This document shows, one piece after another, positions 33,284 through 45,355 of a DNA stretch of 64,000 bases. Within the stretch, counting starts at the first letter, position 1. Every line of letters begins with the position of its first letter. A program made the position numbers and the translations under genes. The notes under the pieces are model-generated. The model did not search any database. It was not told where the DNA came from and worked only from the letters and a program-made list of their open reading frames with translations. This stretch comes from Octopus sinensis (Eukaryota): the NCBI RefSeq assembly GCF_006345805.1, contig NC_043020.1:29636001-29700000 (forward strand), read 5' to 3'.

Positions 33284-35667
33284 TTCGAATTTTGCTGTTC
33301 ACTTTAGAAGCTTTGTTCTTACCAGTGAGAATTGTATGTTTACATGATAGGAATTTAGAAAGTTCAAAAAATATGAAATAAATAGTTTTTAACAGTGGAT
33401 CTTAAAATAGTCAAACTGGGTGAAATGCTTTTTATAAGAGAAACAGCAGTAAATTAATGAAGGGGATTTCATAATTCCTATTCTTTTGTCATTCATTAAT
33501 TGATATTTTGCTCTGTACCCTCTAGACTCTTTACTCTAAACCATAAGTACATCAAGTCCTAACAACTGGTCAACACTGCAAAATTATATATATATGTATA
33601 TTGTATATTTTATTAGAAGTTGACGTTTCTTGATTCTTAACTCTGAGTTTCATTTAATTAATTAATCAATTAATCAAAGTAGGGAAGCAACATAACAACA
33701 TGCAAGCAAAAACTTTAACATACACACATTGCAATATGAAAGCTCAACAGTACATAGAGATTTGATTGGTTCCTGGAAAAGCTGTTAGTGAATGCATCAA
33801 ACATTCATCTATTAAGTTGTCATGTGCAGAGCTTGAAAATATTTTCCCCTCTTTACATGCAATAACACACAATGTTCATTTTTCCAAAAGGTTTTATAAT
33901 TGCTAACATTATCATCATTTAAACTTTAGCTGTATTTAGATAGTGATGTAGTGAGGTATCTTTCTGTTCAAGCATATATAGGTGTATGTTACCAGACTGT
34001 TCTTGTAAAGGGGTTTTCAGGAAGTTCTTTTTGTTTCCCTATTATCTGAAAGAGACCATAACTTCGTAAACTAATTAGAAAAACACCCCTAGTTGAGAGC
34101 GCAGATATTAGGACTGTTCCTCATTTGTACAAAAAAGGGGTTTGCTTTTTCTATTGTCTGTGGAAGCAGGGAAATTTTTTTCTGCCTCTGTCGCTCACCT
34201 TAACACTAATTTTATTGTCTTATGTTTATGGTCTATGGAGAAAGACTCTTTTATGATATTTAAGAAAGCTCTGATGATATCGGGATGAATATTTAATTGA
34301 TAAGGAGGATTATACCGTGTATTTCATTTTCTCCCTTTCCTGGTTTATTGGGTTAATGTATTTCCACTCATCCATTCTCTCTTTTGTTCTTTGGAATCTA
34401 AATTACATTACAATGCTCTCCAATGGAATATCTGAGACTAAATAATCCAGCAGGGTCTGGCTTTGTTTTTTCTATTTTTCTTTCTTTTTTTGAAAATGGA
34501 AGGAGTGATGATAATGTGGTTGCTATTTCTAATAGTATGATACTCAGTTTTTTAAGCAAGGCAAAGAAACTTCAATTAAAGAATTGTGTCTTTGGCATAT
34601 CAATATTCAACTCATTTGTCTCCGTTGTGGACAGGACAGAGATGTTGAGTGCAAATAAGTTGAGGGAACAACTGGTGTTTGTCCCCTGCCACCACACAGC
34701 AATCATTCTTGGTTTGTTTACATCCCCCTAACTTAGCAATTTGGTCAAAGAAACCAGTAGAATAAGTACCCAACTTAAAAATGTGTACTGGGGTCAATTT
34801 GTCAATTTGTTCAACTAAACACTTCAAGGTGGTGCCCCAGCATGGCCTCAGTCCAATGACTGAAACAAATATAAAAGATAAAAGATATATTGTACCACCA
34901 CTTTGTCCAGTATGCCATTTTTGTTAAAGACAGTAGGATGTAATTTGAGAGAGAGAGAGAGTGATTTGGCTGCTATTTCTAGCAGGTCTAGTGACTGCAT
35001 AGAAACTGCCTTCAGAGAATCTGGAAGATGTTGCAGCAGAATTGCAATAAATGATTCTGAACATCTTTTATCATAGAAATGAAAAACAGTAAATTTCTGA
35101 TGATGCTAATGCGGAATAACAATTGACCCCATTCGTTAATTTTGCTCCAAGCAAACACTTTTAATTGCTAACGATAAACAGTTTTAATGTTCCATTATAT
35201 TCCATATGATTTTATATACGCACTGTAGACACACTCACAGACATTTATTCTTTAAGACAGCTTGTTTGGAAAGCTTCACCTTGCAAGAATACCCCATAAA
35301 AACCCACCCCAAAAAATGTCTGAGTTGAAATGGGTTTCTCTAACCATTTCCAGCTGTTACATTATTGTTGTTGTTGTTCACACCACAACCAACCAGATAT
35401 AAACCCTTTGTGTGACTGTGATACACAGGGGCGTATAGAGGCGTGGTTGTGTGGTTAAGGAGCTCACTTAGCAACTAGTTAGTTTCAGGTTCAGTCCCAC
35501 TGTGCAGCATCTTGGGGAAAATGTCTTATGGGTCTCCAACTCTAGCCCCAGATTGACCAATCCCTTGTCTATGAATGTGGATGACAGTATGATAAAAATG
35601 GTTTCGAAATACATATACATGCACGCGCATATATATATACATATATATATACATAACTATCTATCTA

Positions 35668-35709
<42 letters not shown>

Positions 35710-35734
35710 AAATTCTTTGGTGTAGCAATGGCAC

Positions 35735-35827
35735 GCGGCTGAAGAAGGCTTTTGATCTATCTGTTATATCGATTATGCATTGATGTAAGAATAAGTTGTT
35801 CTATAAAGCCCGAAACATATGTACCAC
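35735..35827 (+). ncRNA. Type-I hammerhead motif with long stem-II loop
   Basis: GCGG-CUGAAGA-A-GGCUUU...AAAGCC-C-GAAA-CAUAUGUA-CCAC; palindromic ACAUAUGU stem III; GUA cleavage after 35823. Confidence 0.6.
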
Positions 35828-35917
35828 AACATCCTTTGCGTCTTGACCTCGTGTGTACCATTGGCGATTTTTTTTTTTTCCTCTGTCTTCCCTTCTCTGG
35901 ATCTTTCCTTCTCCTAT

Positions 35918-35952
35918 GTTTCCGACGAAGAGCTCCGCTCGAAACTTTAAAC
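35918..35952 (+). ncRNA. Minimal type-I hammerhead motif (core U4->C, degenerate)
   Basis: GUUU-CCGACGA-A-GAGC-ucc-GCUC-GAAA-CUUU-AAAC. Confidence 0.45.
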
Positions 35953-36060
35953 CCTCCTTCTTTCCTGAGTGTCCAATAATACTATATTTGTTCCACGTCC
36001 TCGCGTTGTTGTGTTTTCTCTTTGTGCTTTCTTGTTTGGATTAACACTATATATATATAT

Positions 36061-36094
<34 letters not shown>

Positions 36095-36329
36095 ATATAA
36101 AATTAAAGTGTATAAAAAGAGTGACAAGATTCATATGTTAACTCAATGATTTTGGTCAAGCTTTACTCATCATTTTTCTCTTGGGCTTTGTTGTATCTTT
36201 CCTTGATCTCCCACATTTTCTGTTTATACCCAAGATAGATCTGTTTGAGAGCAGATCTGATGATCAAAGACATTCCAGCCAATCTCAGTGACACATCTCA
36301 GGAAAGTGTCTTCAACTGTAGAGCTGAAC

Positions 36330-36600
36330 CAACCAATGCCTTGTGAATGAATTTGATGGATAGAAACTGGGTGGAAACCAATGTGTGTGTGTGTGTGTTT
36401 GTCCCCATCCCTATATTGTGACAACTGGTGTTGGTTTGTTTATATCCCCATAAGTTAGTGTTTTGGCAATAAAGACTCACAGAAAAAGTATCAGACTTAA
36501 AAATAAGTACTGGGGACAATTAGCTCACCTAAACCTTTCAGGGCAGTGCCCCAGCATGGCCACAGTCAAATGACCGAAACAAGTAAAAGATAGAAAAAAC
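36330..36600 (+). mobile_element. SINE family A
   Basis: gtgaatgaatttgatggatagaaactg...cagcatggccacagtcaaatgaccgaaacaagtaaaaga. Confidence 0.8.
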
Positions 36601-38067
36601 AGATGCAAAAACATGAGACTGCAACAATTTCCATAATTATCAAGTTAAGAACTTGGACGTTCATCATTTTCCAAAACTGAATATTATTGAAGCTACATCA
36701 GCCGCTTTGGCACTTCCATTACTCCCTGGGCCATTCTATAACTGAACTGGCACCTTTACAACTCAAATGAACCAGTAAATGGATCTGAGCTCAGCCTCCT
36801 CCAAGAGAACATTGATGCTACCTTAGCCATTTTAGCTTCCTCTATGCCCTCTTCTATGTACCTGCTTTAAGTAAACTGGCACCTTTACAAATCACGTGAT
36901 TCGGTTTTTGATAAAGAATCTGATCTGAAACCCTCGAGAGAATACGACGGAGTGCGTGGGGGTTGTGAGAGGGAGAGAGGAAGAGGAGAGAAGGTAAATG
37001 TTGTTACCTTTCTCTGTTTGGTAACTCAGAAGGCAGCTGTTTAACATTAAATATTTGAAAAATCAAATAAAGAAAGAAACGAGAAATAAATGTAATTTCC
37101 TTCCACCTTTTCAGACCTTTTCTTTAATCTTCTCCCCTCATTCACTTCACAACTTCAGTATCAGGTTAGAAATTTCAATACACAAAGATATACATACATA
37201 CATGCATATATATATATATATATATATAGTTGAGGAAAGCTTATATTTTGGAATTTTGGGAGCAAATAATAATTAAAAGAATATTAAGGGCTTAACAAGA
37301 ATTTATCCCCTTCATGCAAAGGGGATGGAATGAAGATGGTAGTGTTTTGTGTGTATGTATGTATGTATGTATGTATATGTGTATATATATACAGATAGAT
37401 ATAGATATATATCTATCATTTATGTACATGTACGTATAAATGTATATGTGTATATTTCTATGTATGTATATATATGCATGAATATACATATATGTGTGTG
37501 TAAATAAATATGCATGTGCATATATGTGTGTGTGTGTGTGTGTGTATGTATATGTGTGTGTGTGTATTTTGTACACATATAGGAGTTGCCGTTTGAAAAT
37601 TTATGTAATAATGTTTAGAAATTTAGAAAATTCTTGAGTGGAAACAAAGAATTTGCAGTCTTGAAAATGTACAGGGTTCTTTTTGGGGGCCGTGTTACAT
37701 TTCACACTGCTTCTGAGACAGATTCCTTCAAAGATAATACCAGATGTTACCAAACTGGGATTGCATTACCTATTTGTAAATTACCAGTTTTGAATGAACA
37801 AACAAAACTGACAATGGGAGCCTACAACCTTCACACCGTTCAGTGCCAACACATCAAATTTGCAACAGATCCTTGTAAATAGGGGAGCCCTGGTAAATAA
37901 ACTTATGTAATGTAGCAGTTTGTCCCCTGCAAATATTTTACTGTTTACAAAATTATTGAAGTATGATATCTACAATACGTACATATATGAGCATGTCTAG
38001 ACATGCAATTATATGCATGAGAATACGTACGTAAAACAAAACATACAAATCTATATACATACATATG

Positions 38068-38665
38068 TCCCAGTGGAAACCTCAATAAAATGTAAGCCCA
38101 ACAGACCTGATATAAGGATTTGGGAAAGAGAAGAGAAACTGTGTACAGTTGTGGAAATTAGCTGCCCAGTGGATGTTAACATAAAGCTGAAGATTAGTGA
38201 AAGAGAGAGCACCTATGCTGAACTATTGAGAAATCTGCAGTTACTCTATCCAGATTACAAGTACAGGTTTTTACCTGTAATTATTGGGGCCCTGGGATAT
38301 ATAATGCACTGCCTAGATACCAATCTTGAGAAATTAGGTTTCTCAAAACCAGAAAGGAAAAAGCTGATTTGAAGACTACAGATCCAATCTGTCACTGGAA
38401 CTGTTAAAATCTGTAAAACTTCTCAGAAGTTTATCATTTAAATATATACATGAGCATGTCTAGATATGTAACTATATGCATGGGAATACAAGCATAAAGA
38501 AAAACATACAAATCTGCACATATACATACAAACAAACAAAAATACCCTGTTGTCGATGTTGAAATTCCAATGAAGGAGCCTTGGATCTAGGTTAGAAACC
38601 GGCTCTTTCTCAATTGGCAAGAAATCTTGAAATAAAACTGAATAATGACATACATACATTCATAC
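38068..38665 (+). mobile_element. 3' end of an R4/Dong/NeSL-like non-LTR retrotransposon: restriction-like endonuclease domain plus 3' UTR ending in (CATA)n
   Basis: PVETSIKCKPNRPDIRIWEREEKLCTVVEISCPVDVNIKLKISERESTYAELL...LPVIIGALG: RPD..x..E..x.P and P.IIGALG REL signature. Confidence 0.85.
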
Positions 38666-38751
38666 ATACATATATACATATGTGTGAGAGGATGCTGAAA
38701 AGTTTCTGGCTTTAAGAGTATCCGGGAAGGCTTGGTTGGAGACTCAACCTT

Positions 38752-38808
38752 CAGTGGACATAAACACACAAACACCAGTTGTCAAGCAGGACAAAGACAG
38801 ACACACAG

Positions 38809-38856
<48 letters not shown>

Positions 38857-39028
38857 CCATATACATACATATATACAATGGGCTTCTTTCAGTTTTCATC
38901 TACCAAATCCACTCACAAGGCTTTGGTTGGCCCAAAGTTAAAGTAGAAGACACTTGCCCAAGGTGCCATGCGGTGGGACTGAACCCAAAACCTTGTGGTT
39001 GAGAAGCAAGCCTCTTACCACACAGCCA
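38752..39028 (-). mobile_element. SINE family A
   Basis: Reverse complement of A; the 3' end is truncated by a mariner-MITE fragment at about 38686-38750. Confidence 0.8.
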
Positions 39029-39299
39029 TTTCTATATGCAGCAGTAGCAATATTGTAATGCCCTCTTCCATGCTTCCATGGACTGGACAGAGTTCGTTGG
39101 GGCCCTTCCTGTCACTAACCCTCACCTTTTTCTAAGCAAGGTGATACTTTCCCCTTTGCTAGATAGGTTTTCACAGAATATCAGAAATGAATGACACTGC
39201 TTGTATAACAGTGACTCTCATTTACAGCTATCATGTGAAGTCCAAAGCATACACATGTATGTATGTATGTATGCATGTATGTACCTATTAATACTTAAT

Positions 39300-39556
39300 A
39301 TTCATTCGAGCGTGATCGTTACCAGCTACATTTGAGCGTGATTGTTACCAACATCACCTACTGGCAACTGTGCTGGTGGCATGTATAAAAAGATTCAAGC
39401 GAGGTCGTTGCCAGTACCGCCTGACTGGCACGTAAAAAGCACCCACTTCACTCTTGGAGTGGTTGGCGTTAGGAAGGGAAGCCATCTGGTTCGCCAGTCC
39501 TCAGTCAAATCGTCCAACCCATGCTAGCCTGGAAAGCGGACGGTAAATGATGATGA
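39300..39556 (+). mobile_element. Family C / RTE 3' UTR, low divergence
   Basis: ggagtggttggcgttaggaaggg...cgtccaacccatgctagcctggaaagcggacggtaaatgatgatgat. Confidence 0.85.
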
Positions 39557-39658
39557 TTCCTTCAGTGAGCCTTTGGAAATAGGTGTGGTACATAACTACC
39601 TATTCCATTCCCTTCGCCCACAGATATATATTGGTTTGCTATAAGAGAAATAAAGGAG

Positions 39659-39689
<31 letters not shown>

Positions 39690-40085
39690 ATATAAATAGA
39701 CTTACATAGATATACACACATGCAATGAATACAATCCTTCTTCTTGAAAGATTGGGTGTGAGTTGAGTGAAACATCTGTAATAATGGGTGTCTATTGTAT
39801 CCAAGATGACAGGGAGCTGAACATCAAATACCATCTGGGTGTGTACGAATGATATGCATTTGAGTATTTTCAAAGTAAAATGCATAACACCCACATTTGA
39901 GGGGGAAAATATTTTTTCTGAAATATACAAGGTTTGTATGAACACACACACAGACAAACAGACAGACAAGTGGAGCCTGTTGCAGCTCTCTGACTTACCT
40001 GTCCTAGTCAAACTGTCTCACCTATGCCAACAAGAAAAACAGATGCTAAGTGGTGGTGGTGGTCTAAATAAACATATATATATAT

Positions 40086-40302
40086 GGGGGAGGGTTGCTG
40101 AAAAGTTCCTGGTTTTAAGGGTATCACAAAAGGCCTGGTTGGAGGCCCAAACTTCTGAGTTCTTTTACAGGTCTTAGAAAAACTGAAGGACCATTACAAT
40201 AAGTGTGTTAATCTGAGAGAGAAACAAAGATAAAATCATAATTAACTGATCCTCCTCGTTTTTATTTTATCCAAAGCCAGGAACTTTTCAGCGACCCCCT
40301 CC
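40086..40302. mobile_element. Mariner-derived MITE
   Basis: TIRs gctgaaaagttcctgg / ccaggaacttttcagc in TA context. Confidence 0.8.
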
Positions 40303-40386
40303 TTTATATATTTCACACAGAGAGTGAGATGCATGCATATGTGTATGCACTGTATACAATAAGCTCATATTATAAATATGTATGTA

Positions 40387-40429
<43 letters not shown>

Positions 40430-41093
40430 ATATATGTATCTGTATGTATGTATATATATGTATCTGTATGTGTGTATATATATGTATCTGTATGTGTGTA
40501 CATATATGCATGTGTGTATGCATATATATATACACACACACATACATTGGACTTCCTGTTTTCAGTTGGACATAATTAAATTGTCCAATCAGCTGAATTA
40601 CCTACTTATTGGATAATATTAGTGTAAGTGGGTGACTATTTCACAAGCACTTCTTGTGTCCTTAACGTAATCCTCAGACAGAACCAGTTTACAAGGCTGG
40701 CCTCTTGAATTAGTTTTTCACTGGATTGTCTCCGTTTCCCCCCAAATGCCTCCTTGGGTTTGGCCCAGACTACAATAGAGGAAATTTGTTCGAAACACCT
40801 CATGACCTCAAAACAAACTGCTTGACCATTGCACCATTCTTGTGTCCAAGCAGATGTATTTACACCAATAGTACACAAAGCGGTGGGCCATGTCTCATAT
40901 TGGGGTCCGCACAATTGTTTTTTGGGGTTTTTTTAGGTTCAGGTATAGGTGTTTGGTTTATATTAATAAACCTTTAATGTTTCCTTGTGCCAGGATTGGA
41001 ACCCAATATCAGAAGTACTACAGTGTTTATTCTCAATTGAATTAGCAGCCGGGCGTGCCTCCTCCTGTTTATAAAGGGAAGTGTGTGTTTATA

Positions 41094-42097
41094 GTCACAG
41101 TTCTAGGACAGCATTCTACACCATATGAGATGTCATCGGGTGTACCACAGGGATCTGTCCTTGGTCCCCTCTTGTTTGTGGCATACATTAATGACATAGA
41201 TGCCAATTTAAAGAATGCCACAGTATTGAAATATGCAGACGACATCAAGCTGTACCTTGAAATCAAGAGGACAGATCCTGATGTCCACAACTCTTTCCTG
41301 CAATCAGACCTAGACACAATGCAGCAATGGATCACAGACTGGCAACTGAAACTGGCTGTGGACAAGTGTACCACCATGCATTTTGGGAGAAAAAACCCTG
41401 CGTCCACATACTCCCTCCACAACACTGATATCAAGAAATCCTCTTGCGAGCGTGACCTAGGCATCACTGTCAGCAGTGATTTGCGTTGGACAAAGCATAT
41501 CTCTAAAATTGTCAGGAAGGCCGAGGGTGTCTTGGCATCACTCAGCAAGACTTTTGTTAGCCGCTCTCCAGCCATCTATTTAAAACTGTATACAGCTATG
41601 GTACGACCACACTTGGAATTCGCATCATCAGTTTGGAACCCCTATCTTGCTCAGAACATTGACCTCCTGGAATCTGTCCAGAGACGTGCAACCTAACACA
41701 TACCCTCCATCAGACACCTACCATATTCTGAGCGCCTTGTTTCCCTGGGCATGGATTCACTGAAGCTCCGGCGTCTGGCGACGGACTTGGTAAACACCCA
41801 CAAAGTTATCAACCACCTCACCAACAACAACACTGAACACCTTTTTGATCTCCATGTGTCCAACACACGTGGACATGTCTACAAAGTCAGAAAACAACAC
41901 AGCTCCCATGACTTTCGGAAACATTTTTTCACGCTCAGAGTTGCTGAAGCATGGAACAAACTGCCTGCGTCAGTTGTTGACTGCCATGACACTGCATCCT
42001 TTAAGGCCCTCATGCTTTCCGAAATCCGCCGAAACTACACCTGATTATATATGCACTTTAGATGAGTTGTAGTGCACCTGAGCACTGTACACAATTA

Positions 42098-42130
<33 letters not shown>
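41094..42130 (+). mobile_element. CR1-clade LINE, 5'-truncated (RT domain C-half, 3' UTR, (ATT)n tail)
   Basis: SGVPQGSVLGPLLF..YIND, YADDIKLY, ERDLG, VRPHLEFASSVWNP, LESVQRRAT, TRGH, RKHFFTLRVAEAWNKLP; a single in-frame stop at 41694-96 joins the two listed ORFs. Confidence 0.95.
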
Positions 42131-42135
<5 letters not shown>

Positions 42136-42225
42136 GTGTATATGTGTGTATGAATGTGTTTGCATATGTACATGTGTAGGCAGGTGTGTTTATGTGTCTC
42201 TGTATGTATGTATGTGTGTGTACAT

Positions 42226-42263
<38 letters not shown>

Positions 42264-42273
42264 TTATGTGCTT

Positions 42274-42471
42274 ACTCTTTTACTTGTTTCAGTCATTTGA
42301 CTGCGGCCATGCTGGAGCACCACCTTTAGTCGAGCAACTCGGCCCCGGGACTTATTCTTTTCTAAGCCCAGTACTTATTCTATCGGTCTCTTTTGCCGAA
42401 CCGCTATGTAACGGGGACATAAACACACCAGCATCGGTTGTCAAGCAATACTAGGGGGACAAACACACAAA

Positions 42472-42507
<36 letters not shown>

Positions 42508-42670
42508 CATACATATATATATATGACGGGCTTCTTTCAGTTTCCGTCTACCAAATCCACTCACAAGGCTTTGGTCGGCCCGAGGCTATAGTAGAAGACA
42601 TTCGCCCAAGGTGCCACGCAGTGGGACTGAACCCGAAACCATGTGGTTGGTAAACAAGCTACTTACCACA
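42274..42670 (-). mobile_element. SINE family A, full length, near consensus with CpGs retained
   Basis: Complete reverse complement of A. Confidence 0.9.
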
Positions 42671-42943
42671 TGTATGTGAACATATGTATATTTTGTGCAT
42701 GTTCATGTGTGTACATATATATATATATATGTATGTGTGTTTAAAAGTACATGTTTGTATGTGTAAATATGTTTGTATTTATATGTGTACCTTTTTGTGT
42801 ATGTATGCACGGGTTTGTATGGCTACATGTTAACTTGTATGTAGATACATGTGTTTATACATATATATATGTTTGTGTGTGTATATGTATGTATTTACAG
42901 GTGTAGATGTTTGCATGTGTTTATGGGTGTATGTGTACATGTA

Positions 42944-43163
42944 CGAGGGGAGTGCTGGAAAGATCCTGGCTTTAAGGGGTTTGCGAAAGTCCAGGTCGGA
43001 AGACCAATCATCGAGTCCTTTTCCAGGGCTTAGAAAAACCGAAGGACCCCTGCAATAAGTATGTGAATCTGAGAGGGGAATACATTGCATAAAATCGCAA
43101 TTAACCATTCCTCCTCTATTTTCTTTTACCCAAAGCCAGGAACTTTTCAGCCCCCCCCCCTCA
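42944..43163. mobile_element. Mariner-derived MITE retaining the transposase C-terminal codons
   Basis: TA-cgagggg...ccctc TIRs; the interior reads GLEKPKDPCNKYVNLRGEYIA*, like the mariner C-terminus (W.KC....G.Y.E). Confidence 0.8.
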
Positions 43164-43446
43164 TGTGTATATATTGCACATGTAAACATGCACAAACTAA
43201 TTAACATGAAGTGGAAAGGTAATATTTTAAAAAAATATATTGGACTGTTTAACAAAATAACCGTGGCACTTGTAATTCATATCCAGCTATTTCCCACCCA
43301 CCCCTTCTCCCTTTCTCACAACATGCAATACAAACACATTATATACAAAAATACACACATACATATATATACACACACATATATATAGTGAATATGAAGT
43401 TGTAGTTCATATTCACTAATTCCCTGCTTTCTCTCACAATACGAAT

Positions 43447-43715
43447 ATGTATGTGTGTGTGTGTTTATGTATATATATGTGTATATATATGTATGTATCT
43501 ATATATGTATGTATCTATATATGTATGTATCTATATATGTATGTATGTATATATGTGTATGTATGTGTATATATGTATGTATGTATATATGTGTATGTAT
43601 GTGTATATATGTATGTATGTATATATATATACATGTATATATGTATATATATATGTATATATTTATATATATATATATATGTGTATGTATATATGTGTAT
43701 GTATATGTATATATC
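43447..43715. repeat. Compound (TG)/(TA)/(TATG) microsatellite
   Basis: Direct reading. Confidence 0.95.
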
Positions 43716-44589
43716 TCATTTGTAGATAATTTAATTTATTATATTATATATATATATTCTTGCCGTTCTCTGCATCGTTCAACAACATCCTGCTGTTAAG
43801 GATGTATAGGTACTTGTCGTGGTGCTACATGCGCTGTAATGTTGTAGTAGACTTTAACATATCCTCTTACATGGTAGCTTTTGTGAGGAGGAGGAGGAGG
43901 AAGAAGAGGAGAAGACGGCCTACGGATACACTTACAACCAAGCACACACATGGCAATATGTGTTATTCTTTAATCCCTTCTTCTTGCAACTTTTTTTTGT
44001 TGTTTTTTGTTTTCCTTTTTTTGTGTGTGTGCCCCCCCCCCCCTTCCATCCCTAATGAACGGTGTTTGGAGAATGAGTAAACATATGCTAAGTTAAGACA
44101 AGAATTAAAGAAAAGAATTTGCTGCAAAACAAGAAATGGATTTTTTCTGGGGTTTTTTGGGGTTTTTTTTTTTTTTGTCTTTTTGGTAAATTCTATTGTG
44201 AGACGGGAGCGGGGTGGGGGTGGGCTGCTTCTTATTCTGATTCTGTTGCTGCCATTCCATAATTGAGATATATCTTATGTTTAAAGGAATATACAGCAAT
44301 GAAATCAGATACGGTGATGCCGAGCCCACCCGCCACCCCGTTCACGCACCACACTCTCACTAAATTCTCCCCTGCCAAACACACCCTGGTCCTTTAGAAC
44401 TTCCAACTCATGTAATTGCTATCCATATTTCTTGGTAACGCCCCATTTTCGTAGCGCCAACACTTAAGACTCTAGTTCTCTCTTCTACAGCACCTTCGCC
44501 AATCCAAATCTCTTGAATAATAAAAGAAATACAAATTTACGAATATACATTTAAACATCAGCATCATCATCATCATTATTATTATTAAT

Positions 44590-44880
44590 GTGGCGTTCTG
44601 GCAGAGTCATTAGCATGCCTGGAAAAATGCTTAGCGATATTTTGTCTGCCGTTATGTTCTGAGTTCAAATTCCGCCGAGCTCGACTTTGCCTTTCACCTT
44701 TTCAGGGTCGATTAAATAAATACCAGTTACGCACTGAGGTTGATGTAATTGACTTAATCCGTTTGTCTGTCCTTGTCTGTCCCCTCTATGTTTAGCCCCT
44801 TGTGGGTAGTAAAGAAATAGATATTTCATCTGCTGCTATGCTCTGAGTTCAAATTCTACCAATGTCGATTTTGCCTTTAC
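44590..44880 (+). mobile_element. SINE family B (B1 tail) followed by a second partial B head
   Basis: The B1 tail gtagtaaagaaatag runs straight into atatttcatctgctgctatgctctgagttcaaattc. Confidence 0.8.
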
Positions 44881-44999
44881 AGAGTGCACTTGATGGTTTT
44901 GCTGTGGCACCGGCTTTCTTTCACAACATTGGCACCATACAGATAACCCTTCAAATTAACTCTAAATAAAAAACAAACACACATATATATATATATAAT

Positions 45000-45170
45000 A
45001 GATCGTTAGCCACTACACATTTTTTTCTCTCCTTGTTTTTTGTGTCCCTTCCTGTAGAAGAGCATAGGCTCGAAACGTAAAAGACTTTTTCTATTCCTGA
45101 GCTTTATACTAATACATCTGTTTGTTTTGTACACCACCTGTCTTCATCTTTTGTCTTTTTTGTGACCTCT

Positions 45171-45173
<3 letters not shown>
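45000..45173 (+). mobile_element. Short hammerhead-bearing element between (TA)n tracts
   Basis: CUUC-CUGUAGA-A-GAGC-auag-GCUC-GAAA-CGUA-AAAG at 45048-45083. Confidence 0.6.
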
Positions 45174-45217
<44 letters not shown>

Positions 45218-45231
45218 TTGACAGACAGATA

Positions 45232-45355
45232 TGTGAAGGCATAATCATGAGGTTGTGAGTTCAATTTCTGGACTGGGCAGCATGTTGTATCATTGATCGA
45301 GGCACTTCATCTTGTGCTGCTCTAGTCTACTTATGTGCAATTAGTATCACCCGAG
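45232..45355 (+). mobile_element. SINE family D, diverged
   Basis: gaaggc...atcatgaggttgtgagttcaatttctggactgggc...gcacttcatctt. Confidence 0.6.

Larger units (their letters stand above)
35708..36047 (+). mobile_element. Short Penelope/retrozyme-like element between two (TA)n tracts, carrying two hammerhead motifs
   Basis: Bounded by (TA)n on both sides; its 3' part is shared with 272-455 (-). Confidence 0.65.

Noticed and set aside
37634-37882. 82-aa plus ORF upstream of the REL fragment
   Set aside because: No similarity to the expected CCHC/REL-upstream region or any family I recognise.
38567-38603. CCAATGA...GAAACCGG in the REL element 3' UTR, hammerhead-like spacing
   Set aside because: Two core mismatches and no valid cleavage triplet or stem I in this copy.
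43386-43418. TAGTG...CACTA as CACTA transposon ends
   Set aside because: The orientation is reversed relative to a CACTA element and there is no internal sequence.
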